Source of the DNA: Pavona decussata
Taxonomy: Eukaryota
Direction of reading: 5' to 3'
Length of the DNA stretch: 64,000 nucleotides
NCBI GenBank assembly: GCA_977016875.1
Contig: CDRNST010000354.1
Coordinates: 1,054,001 to 1,118,000, forward strand
Shown here: positions 12,917 through 23,000 of the stretch, piece after piece
How the letters are laid out: each line of letters opens with the position of its first letter
How positions within the stretch are numbered: position 1 is the stretch's first letter
Made by a program: the position numbers and the translations under genes
Notes under the pieces: generated by a model
The model's input: only the letters and a program-made list of their open reading frames with translations
Databases searched by the model: none
Told to the model about the DNA's origin: nothing

Positions 12917-13566
12917 TCAGAAGATATCATTATACTGATACTTTTTATCTGAAGGTAGCTACTTATCCACTTTTGTTACAACAATTGATGCAACATATCT
13001 AAACTCTCCAAGTCCATAAATGTACTTCCATTCAATGCCTTTAAATTTAGCAGTTCTAATGTCTGTCTTGTCAATGCCTCCATGGCCTTTTTAACTTTTA
13101 TAGCAGCCACATGCCTTCAAGTTTTGCTTGCACCACAATTGCATTTTCGTCTTTTGCATTTGCTAGTTCTATATCAAGTTGGATAGGCACTTCTTGTTTA
13201 TTCAGGAGTGATCTCTTGCTTTGTTTCAAAGCCTTTTGAAAGTGTTCATGGTATGTACTACCTTTTAGTTTGAAATATTCCGCGTAATGAGTCTCTTCAA
13301 CATCAGCAGTACTGGGATGATCTGGCTCTGGTTCAGAGAGGTCAAGTTCACTGATATTGCTATCGGAATCACACCTCGATTCACCAGAATGGAAACGGAT
13401 ATGAGAGGCAGCAAAAACGACACTAGTGCGCACAGCAACATTTGACACGTTGGGATAACTATTGCAGTTGCAGTCCACACGAGTTATGTCCAGCCATGGC
13501 ATCTCTTCAATGTTGTTCTCTTCCTCGTAGTTGTCGTATGGAGGAAGATTTATAGCAACGCTTGTC
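12917..13566 (-). pseudogene. HIRAN-like domain gene, last exon; probable upstream exon at ~18479-18660 with the Gypsy element in the intron
   Basis: FKLKGSTYHEHFQKAL...QLDIELANAKDENAIVVQAKLEGMW, then after lesions IRTAKFKGIEWKYIYGLGEFRYVASIVVTKVDK*LPSDKKYQYNDIF*; N-x-x-D-x-N-A-I HIRAN signature. Confidence 0.55.
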
Positions 13567-13749
13567 TGATTCAGCAGTAAGTTGAAGTCAAATACAGTTG
13601 AAGTCAAAGTCCAGCTGAATAAAAAAAAGTTTAAAACGTGTGAAAATTTCTCCGAACAAAGGATCCATCGATCGACCATGATCGGCTACTATCATATTCA
13701 AAAACAATAAAAACAAAACACAAGCAAACTATGAATTTGAAAACCTTAT

Positions 13750-13905
13750 TGTTGTATCTGAAGAAGTCCAAGTGCGAAATTAGGAATAAACAACGAACCT
13801 GTTTGAGACACAACAACCGTACTTTTCAATCTCCTCTACTGCGCAAGCGCATACATGTAACTCAACGTATGATGTAACAAAATGAATAAAAGCCACGATA
13901 TAACA
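13750..13905 (-). repeat. Gypsy 3' LTR
   Basis: About 15 substitutions in 156 bp versus the 5' LTR (manual count). Confidence 0.95.
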
Positions 13906-14558
13906 TTTTCCCCCTTAAAAAGAAAAGAAAGAAAAGTTTCTTAGTCCGTTACTGCCATCACTTTAACTCGTAATCTTTCATATTGCTAGGGAGCCCATGA
14001 GTTGTCGTGGTAGGATAACGTTTTTCAGTGTTAACAGGTTTTTCACATGAAAATCCCGGGTGAACTAACAAGCTGTCATCAGCAGTAACAGACTCTAAAA
14101 TCTCGGGCAGTGAATTAGTTGGCTTTGACACTGTTGGTAACTTGTTTGCAAGGTGAGAATCTTCCTGAGTGACAACCAAAGGGGACTCATCCAGTGTTAC
14201 TGTAGGAGACACAGGAACAAACGGAATAGGTGAATCAGGAACCATCTCGCAAGGCTGGTCCATATTAGCGGGCACATCAAGTGGCACAGACCACTCTTCA
14301 AACACTAGAGGGTGACACTCAGGTGCAGTATCTTCAGGACGTCTCAACAGTTGGTCCACTTGTCGTTTCCACAAATTACTGGTCACCTTGACAATGTAAT
14401 GACGAGAACCAAGGACCTCAGTAATTACTCCACGCACCCATTTCTCTCCCCTTCCATAATTACGAGCCAGGACAGTATCACCGGCATTGTACTGGTGAAG
14501 GCCTCTATGAGCGTTCCGACTTACCATTGTACTGTATTGGCGAGCCTCAACGTGTTTT

Positions 14559-17500
14559 TCAACTGAAGGTGTCAGCAAATCCAGGCGGGTGCGGAGTCAT
14601 AAGAAGCATCAAAGGTGGTTCACCTGTTGTGGAATGTGGCGTGTTTCGGTAAACCAATAAATACTTGGCAATGACAGCAGCTACGTCAGCATTAGTAACG
14701 TGGGCTTGTTTAATAGCTGTCTTCAAAATCTGCACAACACGTTCAGCTTGACCATTTGTGGATGGCTTGTACGCCGCTGAAGTACAGTGCAAAATTCCAT
14801 TGTTGGAACAAAATCGTTGAAATTCTGTAGCTGTAACTTGTGGCCCATTGTCGGACACGATAATTTCTGGAAGACCGTGCCTGCTGAAGATGTCCCGCAA
14901 TGCCGTGACAGTTGCTCTAGCTGACGTATTAGTCATTCTTACTACCTCTAGGAATTTGCTGTAAGCATCTACAACAACAAGGTAAGTACATCCAGAGACT
15001 GGCCCAGCAAAATCTACATGAATACGAGACCACAGTTGTGCTGGGTAAGTCCAGGGATGAATCTGAACAGTAGGAGGATTGGATCTCACAGACTGGCACG
15101 TGCTACACGAAGAAACAGTTCTTTCAATGTGAGAATCAATGTTGGGCCACCACACATAAGATCTGGCCAACGCTTTCATTTGAGATATTCCGGGGTGAGT
15201 GTCATGCAGTTCTTGCAACACGTTCTCTTGGAGTGAAGGAGGAACAATAACTCGAGCACCCCATAATATGCAACCTTGCTGGGTGCTTAATTCGTCTTCC
15301 CTTGTCTTAAATGGTACCAGGGTGGGATCCACTACACACGGCCAGCCACTAATGACATAATTGTACACTTGAGACAGAACTGGATCCACCTGAGTCTCTT
15401 TCTTAATCATCTGACTGGTCACATTAGTGACAACTTCTGTGTCCAAGAAGTAGCATTCGACATTTTCACATTTGGGTGACCATGTCTGAGGTAGAGGAAG
15501 GCGAGACATGCTATCTGCATCAGCATGTGCTCCAGTACTGCGATACTCAATCTTGTAATTGTATGAAGCAAGGATAAGTGCCCATCTTTGAAGTCGAGCT
15601 GCTGCATGAGTAGGAACAGGTTTCTGTGGACCCAAGAGAGTTAGCAAGGGTCGATGGTCAGTTAAAATTGTAAAAGAACAGCCATACAGGTACTGTCGGA
15701 ATTGCTTTAATCCAAAGATGATGCTGAAGGCCTCCTTTTCTAGGTGGGAGTAATTTTGTTGAGCATGTGTCAAGGTGCAAGAAGCAAAAGCCACAGGTCG
15801 AAATTGTCCATCAATTTGATGAGACAGGACTGCTCTAGCCCCATAGGATGAGGCATCACATGAAAGAAAAAGGGGCAGTGTATGATCATAATGCACCAAT
15901 GTTTGTGAAGTGAGGATGAGCTGCTTTGCTGCAACAAATGTATCTTCTTCAACTTTCGACCACCTCCATGGAGTACCTTTCTTAAGAAGTTGATGTAAGG
16001 GTGCTAGTACAGTAGAATGATGAGGCATGAACCACGAATAGAACATTATAAGTCCCAGAAAAGACCTCAAGGTCGTTACATCTTTGGGTCTAGGAGCATC
16101 ACGGATGGCCTTAAGTTTATGCTCAGTGGGGTGTAGGCACTCTCCATCTATCACATAACCAAGGTAGACCACTGATGACTGAAGAAATTTGCACTTTGTC
16201 TTGTTGAGTCTGATTCCGTCACTAAGAAGTCGCTCCAAAACCAGGGATAGTGTGCAAAGGTGGTCCTCTTCATCTGTACCAGCAACTAGGATATCGTCTA
16301 AACGACTAACAGCCTTTGGAATGTCAGACAGCAAAGTATGCATGATTCTTTGAAAGATGGCTGGAGCAGAGTGAATACCATTTGGCAACCTCTTGAATAC
16401 AAACAAGCCATTGTGAGTGTTAATTGTGAGATAACACTGTAATTCTTTTGCAACTGGTACCTGATGATAGGCTTGTTTTATATCTAAGACACTGAATACA
16501 GTGCATCCTCTTAACACTGAATGCATGTCCTCAATCTGAGGCATAGGGTAGGTTTCAACATGAGCACTTGCATTGTATGTTACACTAAAATCTCCACAAA
16601 TGCGGACATCATCACTTTCTTTCTTCCCGACGACCACAATAGGGGCTGCACTGCTCGCAGACCTCACCCGTTCAATCACACCACCCTTTTCCATCTTAAG
16701 CAAAGCATTCTCCACTTTAGATTGTAAAGCGTAAGGAACTGGTCTGGCTTTGTGAAATTTGGCCTCTTTACTTTCGTTGAGCACAACTGGATCCCCAGTG
16801 TAACATCCAAGTTGGGGCTGAAATAATTCACTGTATTTTTCCAGGACTGATTCCAACGTCTGCCTTCCTGGGGAAACAGGATTTGCAGAGGAACTACATG
16901 GCAAAGGTCCAATGTGATTCAAACCAGGCAAATTCGTCCAATCCAGTTTGACATCTGAGAGCCAGTTCCGACCAAATAAAGCAGTAGTACCCTCACGAAC
17001 AACCAGCAAAGGCAGTGTATGCTGTGATCCCATGTACTCGACACTCACATGCGCTTCTCCCAAGGGGCGCACAGTTTCACCAGTATAGGTTGAAAGTACA
17101 ACAGTTGAGGGTTTCATTTCAACATTGGGGCAAACTTGTTTCACAAAAGTAATCGCGGCCAGGGACAGTGCACACCCAGTGTCCAACTGCATACTACAAT
17201 CATTGTTTTCAATCTTCAGTGGCACACAAATTTTAGATCTTGACATAGCATTAACATCATAAACCACATACAACTCATCTTCATCTGACAGATGTTCCTG
17301 AGGGAACTCTTCTTCGAAACTCATGGTATGTACTCCACCTTTCTTACAAACTCGGGGAATATGTCCTCGTAAGTTGCAGCTACGACAAACAGCATTCCTA
17401 AATTTGCATTTAGATCTTACATGATCAGAATTCCCACACGAAAAACAAGCATAAGACGTCGCTTGCTGAGACGTTGACGATGCCTGGCGAGGAGAAGTCC

Positions 17501-17588
17501 GCGACGTAGACTTTGTGCGTGAATCTCCACAAGAAGGGGACGGTATGGCGGGAAACTTCTTTGCAACTGAATTCACCGGATGAGGCAA
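14559..17588 (-). CDS. pol: Gypsy gag-knuckle/pol polyprotein (1009 aa open); gag N-terminus frameshifted at ~17600-18153, integrase tail frameshifted into 13958-14578
   Basis: Two CCHC knuckles, protease LDTG, RT LDIKQAYHQ / RLPNGI / RLDD, RNase H CDAS..EKEA..TDH, integrase HHCC plus HVDFAGP, SDNG, NGQAER. Confidence 0.95.
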   Translation of the reverse strand: MPHPVNSVAKKFPAIPSPSCGDSRTKSTSRTSPRQASSTSQQATSYACFSCGNSDHVRSKCKFRNAVCRSCNLRGHIPRVCKKGGVHTMSFEEEFPQEHLSDEDELYVVYDVNAMSRSKICVPLKIENNDCSMQLDTGCALSLAAITFVKQVCPNVEMKPSTVVLSTYTGETVRPLGEAHVSVEYMGSQHTLPLLVVREGTTALFGRNWLSDVKLDWTNLPGLNHIGPLPCSSSANPVSPGRQTLESVLEKYSELFQPQLGCYTGDPVVLNESKEAKFHKARPVPYALQSKVENALLKMEKGGVIERVRSASSAAPIVVVGKKESDDVRICGDFSVTYNASAHVETYPMPQIEDMHSVLRGCTVFSVLDIKQAYHQVPVAKELQCYLTINTHNGLFVFKRLPNGIHSAPAIFQRIMHTLLSDIPKAVSRLDDILVAGTDEEDHLCTLSLVLERLLSDGIRLNKTKCKFLQSSVVYLGYVIDGECLHPTEHKLKAIRDAPRPKDVTTLRSFLGLIMFYSWFMPHHSTVLAPLHQLLKKGTPWRWSKVEEDTFVAAKQLILTSQTLVHYDHTLPLFLSCDASSYGARAVLSHQIDGQFRPVAFASCTLTHAQQNYSHLEKEAFSIIFGLKQFRQYLYGCSFTILTDHRPLLTLLGPQKPVPTHAAARLQRWALILASYNYKIEYRSTGAHADADSMSRLPLPQTWSPKCENVECYFLDTEVVTNVTSQMIKKETQVDPVLSQVYNYVISGWPCVVDPTLVPFKTREDELSTQQGCILWGARVIVPPSLQENVLQELHDTHPGISQMKALARSYVWWPNIDSHIERTVSSCSTCQSVRSNPPTVQIHPWTYPAQLWSRIHVDFAGPVSGCTYLVVVDAYSKFLEVVRMTNTSARATVTALRDIFSRHGLPEIIVSDNGPQVTATEFQRFCSNNGILHCTSAAYKPSTNGQAERVVQILKTAIKQAHVTNADVAAVIAKYLLVYRNTPHSTTGEPPLMLLMTPHPPGFADTFS

Positions 17589-18271
17589 TTGTTGCTGCTG
17601 GACTTGTAAAGTCTCTTTCGCTGCGATTTCGTCGGCACTTGAAGAGCCTGTTAAAATGTTCGATCCTCACTCAGAAGTTTTTTCCGTGTAGCTGGATTGC
17701 GGATACCACATACGAACTGGTCACGAAGCGAGCGGCTCAGGAACTCACCAAAATTACAAGTCCAAGCCAGATGTCGTAAACGGGCACTGTAAACCGACAC
17801 GCTCTCATTTTCTTCCTGACAACATCAATGAAATCTATATAAGATTCGGCAACCTCCAGACGTTTGGGCTTAAAATGTTGTCGCAGTAATTCACATAACG
17901 CCTCAAAAGTTTTCTCTTTGGGTTGTCAGGACTATGCAAATCGCAGAGTGCTGTACGTCTTCTTACCGATCACGGAGATCGTCACGGCGACTTTTTTCTT
18001 GCTGGCTTCCTGAATAACAGCGGCAGTCGCTTCAGCAGGATATTGGCCAATATCATTGGCTACGAAGAAGTGGTCAAGCCTTTCAAGGTACACAGTAAAA
18101 GCCTCAGAGGAGGGGTCGAATTCTCCAACGGAACCAAGCAACGGCGAAGCCATGGCGGCAACCACAAACAAGCTGGTAAGCACTTGGGTGAAAGTACAAA
18201 CGAAGAAAATGAAGTGAAAGAATCTCATCTGGAAAAACAGATACGACGAAACAGCAGTATATCACAAAAGG

Positions 18272-18289
18272 ATCCCATCCTCGTCGCCA
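18272..18289 (-). promoter_or_regulatory. Primer-binding site complementary to the tRNA-Ser(GCT) 3' end
   Basis: TGGCGACGAGGATGGGAT begins 2 nt after the 5' LTR and is complementary to ...AUCCCAUCCUCGUCGCCA. Confidence 0.85.
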
Positions 18290-18291
18290 AA

Positions 18292-18447
18292 TGTTGTATC
18301 TGAAGAACTCTGAGTACAAAATTAGGAATAAACAAGGAACCTTGTTGAGACACAACAACCATACGTTTCAATCTTCTCTACTGCGCAAGCGCATACATGT
18401 AACTCAATCTATGATGGAACAAAATGAATAAAAGCCACAATATAACA
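18292..18447 (-). repeat. Gypsy 5' LTR
   Basis: Direct repeat of 13750-13905, followed on the minus strand by the PBS. Confidence 0.95.
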
Positions 18448-18942
18448 CTTATAAGCATCAAACATCAACTTACTAACCTTGTGAATACAGCTCGATTTCA
18501 CTTTAACAACTGCCGGGGAAGTCTTGTTCTCGAGGTCTTTGAGCTTTTCCGTGAACACAAACAAAGCTGCCGCCCTCTTAAGTTATTTGGGAAACTAATG
18601 TGTCCTGACATTGTCAGGAACCTGCAACAAGCTAAATTTGGCCATCGCATGTACGATTCACTGTTAAAATCTAAACAGCATTTCCTCACAAGCTTAAGGA
18701 TGAGATCATCACCCCGGGTCCTAAGACTTGGCCATTTTAAGGCTTCCATTGCAGTGTCACTACTAGATGATGATTATTTTTTTTTGAGGAACTTGCCAAA
18801 CTTGACGCCTTTTTATTATAAACATGATGATTTATGGGGGTTTCGAATTTTGACAAAATTAAGTTTCATCCCTTGTCTCTAATTTTACCGTAGGCTCACC
18901 GCTCTTCGGATTATTGTTCTGCAAAAGAAAATAATCAAAATA

Positions 18943-19560
18943 CAGTCAACTCTCTCGTAAGCAACCACCCTTGGTGCACAACAAAGTGGTCGTTTATGGG
19001 AGGTGGTCGCTTACGGGAAAGATCAACAAACTAACCCTAATACTGGATTGATAAATTAATTACCTAAAAATATCACGTTAGCAGCTAAAATAAGGCAAAT
19101 AGAAACTAATTTATTTTATTTTTTCACATCTATTCATTCTTCTGATGAAACTTTGAATAACAATGGTTCATGGTCCATTTTGGAACAAATCACTGTAACA
19201 ATTCCCGTTTACCTACAGATTTAATTATAGCCATCTTCTCTGTCTGTAAACTGTCGTTATCTCTCAGCAGTCCGGGGAAGCGTCATCAAAATTGAACTTT
19301 TGTCACTTCTGAGTAATGATTTACAAGCGATCATATGTGATTATGTTGGGTGGTCGCTTACCGGAAACAGAAAACAAAAGAATATGTGTAATTTCTGGCC
19401 TAAAAAGTGGTCGCGGTCCCTTAAGAAATTTGAGTTGTGGTCGCTTACAAGAGAGCTCTTAAAACAGTATTTAACTGAGAAACAAAACGGTTGTTTACGA
19501 GGTGGTCGCTTACGCGAGGTGGTCGCTTACGAGAAGTAGTCGCTATGAGAGAGTTGACTG
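18943..19560. mobile_element. pogo/Tc1-mariner-type MITE
   Basis: TIR CAGTCAACTCTCTC at both ends, TA TSD, repeated subterminal GGTGGTCGCTTAC motifs. Confidence 0.9.
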
Positions 19561-19797
19561 TAATATGTAAAGTTTCTTTTGATGCTCATACCGGTGTTCT
19601 TTTTAAAGATCAGGAGATTTTAAAATTCTCTGTTATTTATACCAAATAGGTAAATTTATGTATCTTTTTAAAAGAAGCTTACTTCCAAATTATTTTCGTG
19701 ATATGTTTACATTTTTTTTAAACAAAAGATGACTTTATACAATTCTTCCAACTCATCTCTGTAAAGCTTCTAAAGTTCCGCTGTTAACTTCTCCACA

Positions 19798-20225
19798 TCA
19801 AGCCCAGACCCCAGCACAATATTTTAATATCGGTTTAATCGTTGAAATATAAATAGCTTTAGCACTATGTAAAGCGATGAAACGGCAAACACGGCCCAGC
19901 ATACCCACCCGTCTACCAGCCTTAAAAACAATAGCTTTAACATGTTCGTTCCAACTAAGGTGTTCATCGAGGATAACACCCAAGTATTTAAACTCAGCTA
20001 CGCGCTGTATGGTAGACCCACCGATGGTGATCGAGAACTGATTTATCTTAGCAAGTTTCTGTGAAGTCCCAAACAGCATTGCCTCATTCTTAGTTTTGTT
20101 GATAAATAAGCTATTTAAATTAAGCCAACACTCAATGGCTTGCAGTTCCCTCACTAAGGTAGCCTGGATAGTAGATACTTCAGGAGCTGCGAAAAATACT
20201 ACGCTATCGTCAGCATACATGAGAA
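19798..20225 (-). pseudogene. LINE reverse transcriptase fragment (CR1/L2/Crack group)
   Basis: LMYADDSVV, WLNLNSLFINKTK, FKYLGVILDEHLSW, KPILKYCAGVW. Confidence 0.9.
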
Positions 20226-20428
20226 TACACGCTGGGGATTTTTGTGGCAAGATTGGGCCATTTCTTTCCCGCGAGGTCATGGGTCAGTGGTGTTATTAGT
20301 AGGCTTTCTCATTTTTTACGACTTCACGACGATGTGTCGCATTTGCATACCCTCGCAAATAAAAGGATGACGGTTCGAGGCTAGTCTTAGTCAGTTTTTC
20401 TGAGCAGAGAGGAGCAGCAACCTAACGA

Positions 20429-20978
20429 TGGATTTTCTCACCACCATAAGGATTTACAATGAACCCGGTGATAATTGACATTTGTGCGACATATGGTTTA
20501 TGATTTTGAAATGTATGATGGTAACGACGAGTTAAAAGAAAGTGTGTATGGGCTTTGTAAAGCATTCTTTTCTGACCATGTCAGTCTACAAGACCTGCAC
20601 ATAGGCTTTGACGGGCAGAACAACAAAAAGATGTACATAACGACAGATCAAGAAGTGGAGGATGCCTACGACAGCAGGGTTTTTCACAAGCATGATGAGC
20701 TGGTGTTATTTATTGAGCAAAGAAAACGAAATCGCCAGGCCTCCAAAAGAAAATCTACCGACACATTTAATGGTATGAAATTGTTACCGCTCCATTTCGA
20801 CCCAGAGCACTTTTAATTTTACTTTAATTTTTCTGTTCTTAGTCTTAAGCTACATTGTTCTTTTAATTTATATCATGCAGTTAACAGTTCCACGCCCAAA
20901 CGTCGTCTACAGGAAGAGGCAAATACTGTGGATGAGATTCAAAAGCGCCTGGTGGAGACCCACGGAAATACATTTTCA
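20429..20978 (+). pseudogene. Unknown spliced gene fragment fused by deletion to the helicase remnant
   Basis: ORF 20475-20816, donor AATG|GTATG ~20772, acceptor ~20880, then DEIQKRLVETHGNTFS; no family recognised. Confidence 0.3.
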
Positions 20979-21310
20979 AGCACAGAACACTCTGTTTTCT
21001 ATATGTCAAGGGATGAAACTCTAGCAAAATATTTTGAGTGGCTTGTTAAAGAGCCTTGGGAACATGGTATTAACACAACCAGAATAATTATTTACTGCCA
21101 GACAATAAAGCAGTGCTCTTTGCTTTATGCTACTCTCAAAGGTACACTAGGAGATAATATGTATCCTGGTGAAATTGGTGACAGAAAAAGAGTTCTTGTA
21201 GAGATGCTACATTCATGTACCCCCAATGCAAACAAAGAGGCAGTGCTACAAGCCTTCAAAGAGCCTGACTCAGATCTTTGTGTCCTTGTAGCAACCATTG
21301 CCTTTGGCAA
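20979..21310 (+). pseudogene. RecQ-like helicase C-domain fragment (AcademH accessory helicase)
   Basis: RIIIYCQT (motif IV), EMLHSCT (IVa), VLVATIAFG (V); convergent with an AcademH-like transposase. Confidence 0.8.
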
Positions 21311-21549
21311 ATACAATCAATTACTGTAGCTAGAGTACACTAAAACCATACAATATTTCATTTCACCTCTTAGCTAATGGGACCGTGACACAAAAAAAAC
21401 TGCTGAAAAGGAGTCTAGTGTAAATAAGGAAAGAGAAATCAAAAAAAATAAACATCAACCCAACACTATTAACATGTACATGCTGTTGTTGTTGTGGCAC
21501 ATTTAGTCACCATTATTATTTTGAAGAGTATATTATTAAATCCTACATG

Positions 21550-21661
21550 TAGCCTCCTTTGCAGACATGTTTTGTGTCAGTTTCACTCTCCCTACAATGT
21601 ACCTTCATCTCCTGGGGTGGGAGAGTGGGGCTGACACAAAAAACATCTGCAAAAAAGGCTA
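21550..21661. mobile_element. 112-bp Academ-type MITE
   Basis: TAGCCTCCTTTGCAGAC...CATCTGCAAAAAAGGCTA inverted termini, flanked by CATG on both sides; TIR matches the terminus at 22952-23000. Confidence 0.8.
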
Positions 21662-21819
21662 CATGTACATTGTAAGTCTGTGTCTATTAATTGTGTGATG
21701 TAATTAACAGGCATTGGCTGAGAAAACACTGTTCAGATAATTGGCCCTCGGTGTATTTACATGTACCCTACTCTAGATCACAATGTTTTAGATGAAGAAA
21801 TATTAAAAGTCCTTATTGT

Positions 21820-23000
21820 TTACCAAGCTCTGATTCCAAGTTGTACATTTTTCTTACGGTCACTTATCCATTTAAATACTGATGAGAAATCCAGATTGGC
21901 CAGGCGATCTCTTTTAAAGTTCACAAAGTGCTTATAATGACGGCCTTCTTGTTTAGTAAACACATTGGTAGACACTGTTCTGTTTACTAGTTCCTGGAGA
22001 TTTCTTTCCGTTGAACTGCAGGTGTGCCTTCCAGACCGTGACACTTTCTCAATTTCCTGATCGATGGTAGCAGTCAACATTCGTGTTGCAGCTTCTGCTC
22101 TAGCGATTCTCTCCAGTGAACCATGAACTAAGGCTTTTCCAAGAGCCTCATAGCAAGGTTTAAGGGTTTTATTGGCCGGCTTCGATGGGTATTCTAGATA
22201 CCTTTACTTTTGTCTCATTACGAACGGTAGTCTTGGCCGGCTTTGCTAATGGTGTTGAGGTCCAGACAGCTGTAATTCAGCAGCGATGGCAGGAGCTTGT
22301 AAATGACCAAAAGCATTGTAAACTAAATGGTAGGGCTTCTGAAGTGCTTCAGTTGGAGTACAGATGAAAGAACTACAGGTGGAAGGGACTTGAGAGCCAA
22401 AGTTTAGAGATTTTGACGCCCCATTAGTTGTCGTAGAACTCGTTGAAGTACTCGCTGAAACAGTGTCTGAATCCTTTCGTAACCTCTTCACTCTTGGTGA
22501 CTCCAGGTTACAATCAAAACTGCTTCTGAGTTCCGTTTTCAAGTCAGTTATATTTTCCTCTAGCTTTTTGAGTTTAAGAAGACGTTATAGCATGGGTTTG
22601 TGCACACAAACAAGTCATTTGCGGAGTAGATATTGACATTGATAGATAGCGTGGAATTGATCAACTTTGAAAGATAGTGAGCTGTTTTCCCGAAGATTTT
22701 TATCCTTTTTTTGACAAGAGGAGTGCGATTGCATAAATAACATCGAAGGTTACCATTAACAAGTTTTATTGGCGTATTATTAAACCTCCGTAAGAAATCG
22801 ACATGGAATACCTAGGTTTCCATAAATTGTACAACCTTTTCGGGGGTTTTATAAACTGCTTTGTGATTGGCTATCATGTAACAATGGTTTGAAACTGATT
22901 GGATATTAAAACACAATAGGAATGGCATGTTCGGCTTGGTTCAGCAGACGGTGGGGAGGGAGAATGGGACCGACGCAAACAACGTCTGCAAAGGAGGCTA
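21820..23000 (-). mobile_element. Internally deleted AcademH transposase gene (21820-22804) and element terminus (ends 23000)
   Basis: C-terminus ERIARAE...RSGRHT...LQELV...VFTKQEGRHYKHF...LDFSSVFKWI joined to a Cys-rich N-terminus (CYLCNR, FVCTNPCY); terminus GTCTGCAAAGGAGGCTA (TAG start on the minus strand). Confidence 0.7.

Larger units (their letters stand above)
13750..18447 (-). mobile_element. Ty3/Gypsy LTR retrotransposon (Mag/K02A2.6-like), full length
   Basis: 156-bp TG...CA LTRs at 13750-13905 and 18292-18447; 5-bp TSD CTTAT (13745-13749, 18448-18452); PPT AAGGGGGAAAA next to the 3' LTR; gag then PR-RT-RH-IN order. Confidence 0.97.

Noticed and set aside
18272-18289. tRNA-Ser gene
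   Set aside because: Only the 18-nt 3' end including CCA, adjacent to the LTR; it is a PBS
18960-19545. Repeated GGTGGTCGCTTAC motifs as a CRISPR-like array
   Set aside because: Irregular spacing, inside TA-flanked TIRs, eukaryotic context and no cas genes; these are MITE subterminal repeats
20928-21329. 133-aa ORF as an intact helicase gene or novel fusion
   Set aside because: Deletion junction near 20978 joins an unrelated exon to a partial RecQ C-domain; no motifs I-III or VI
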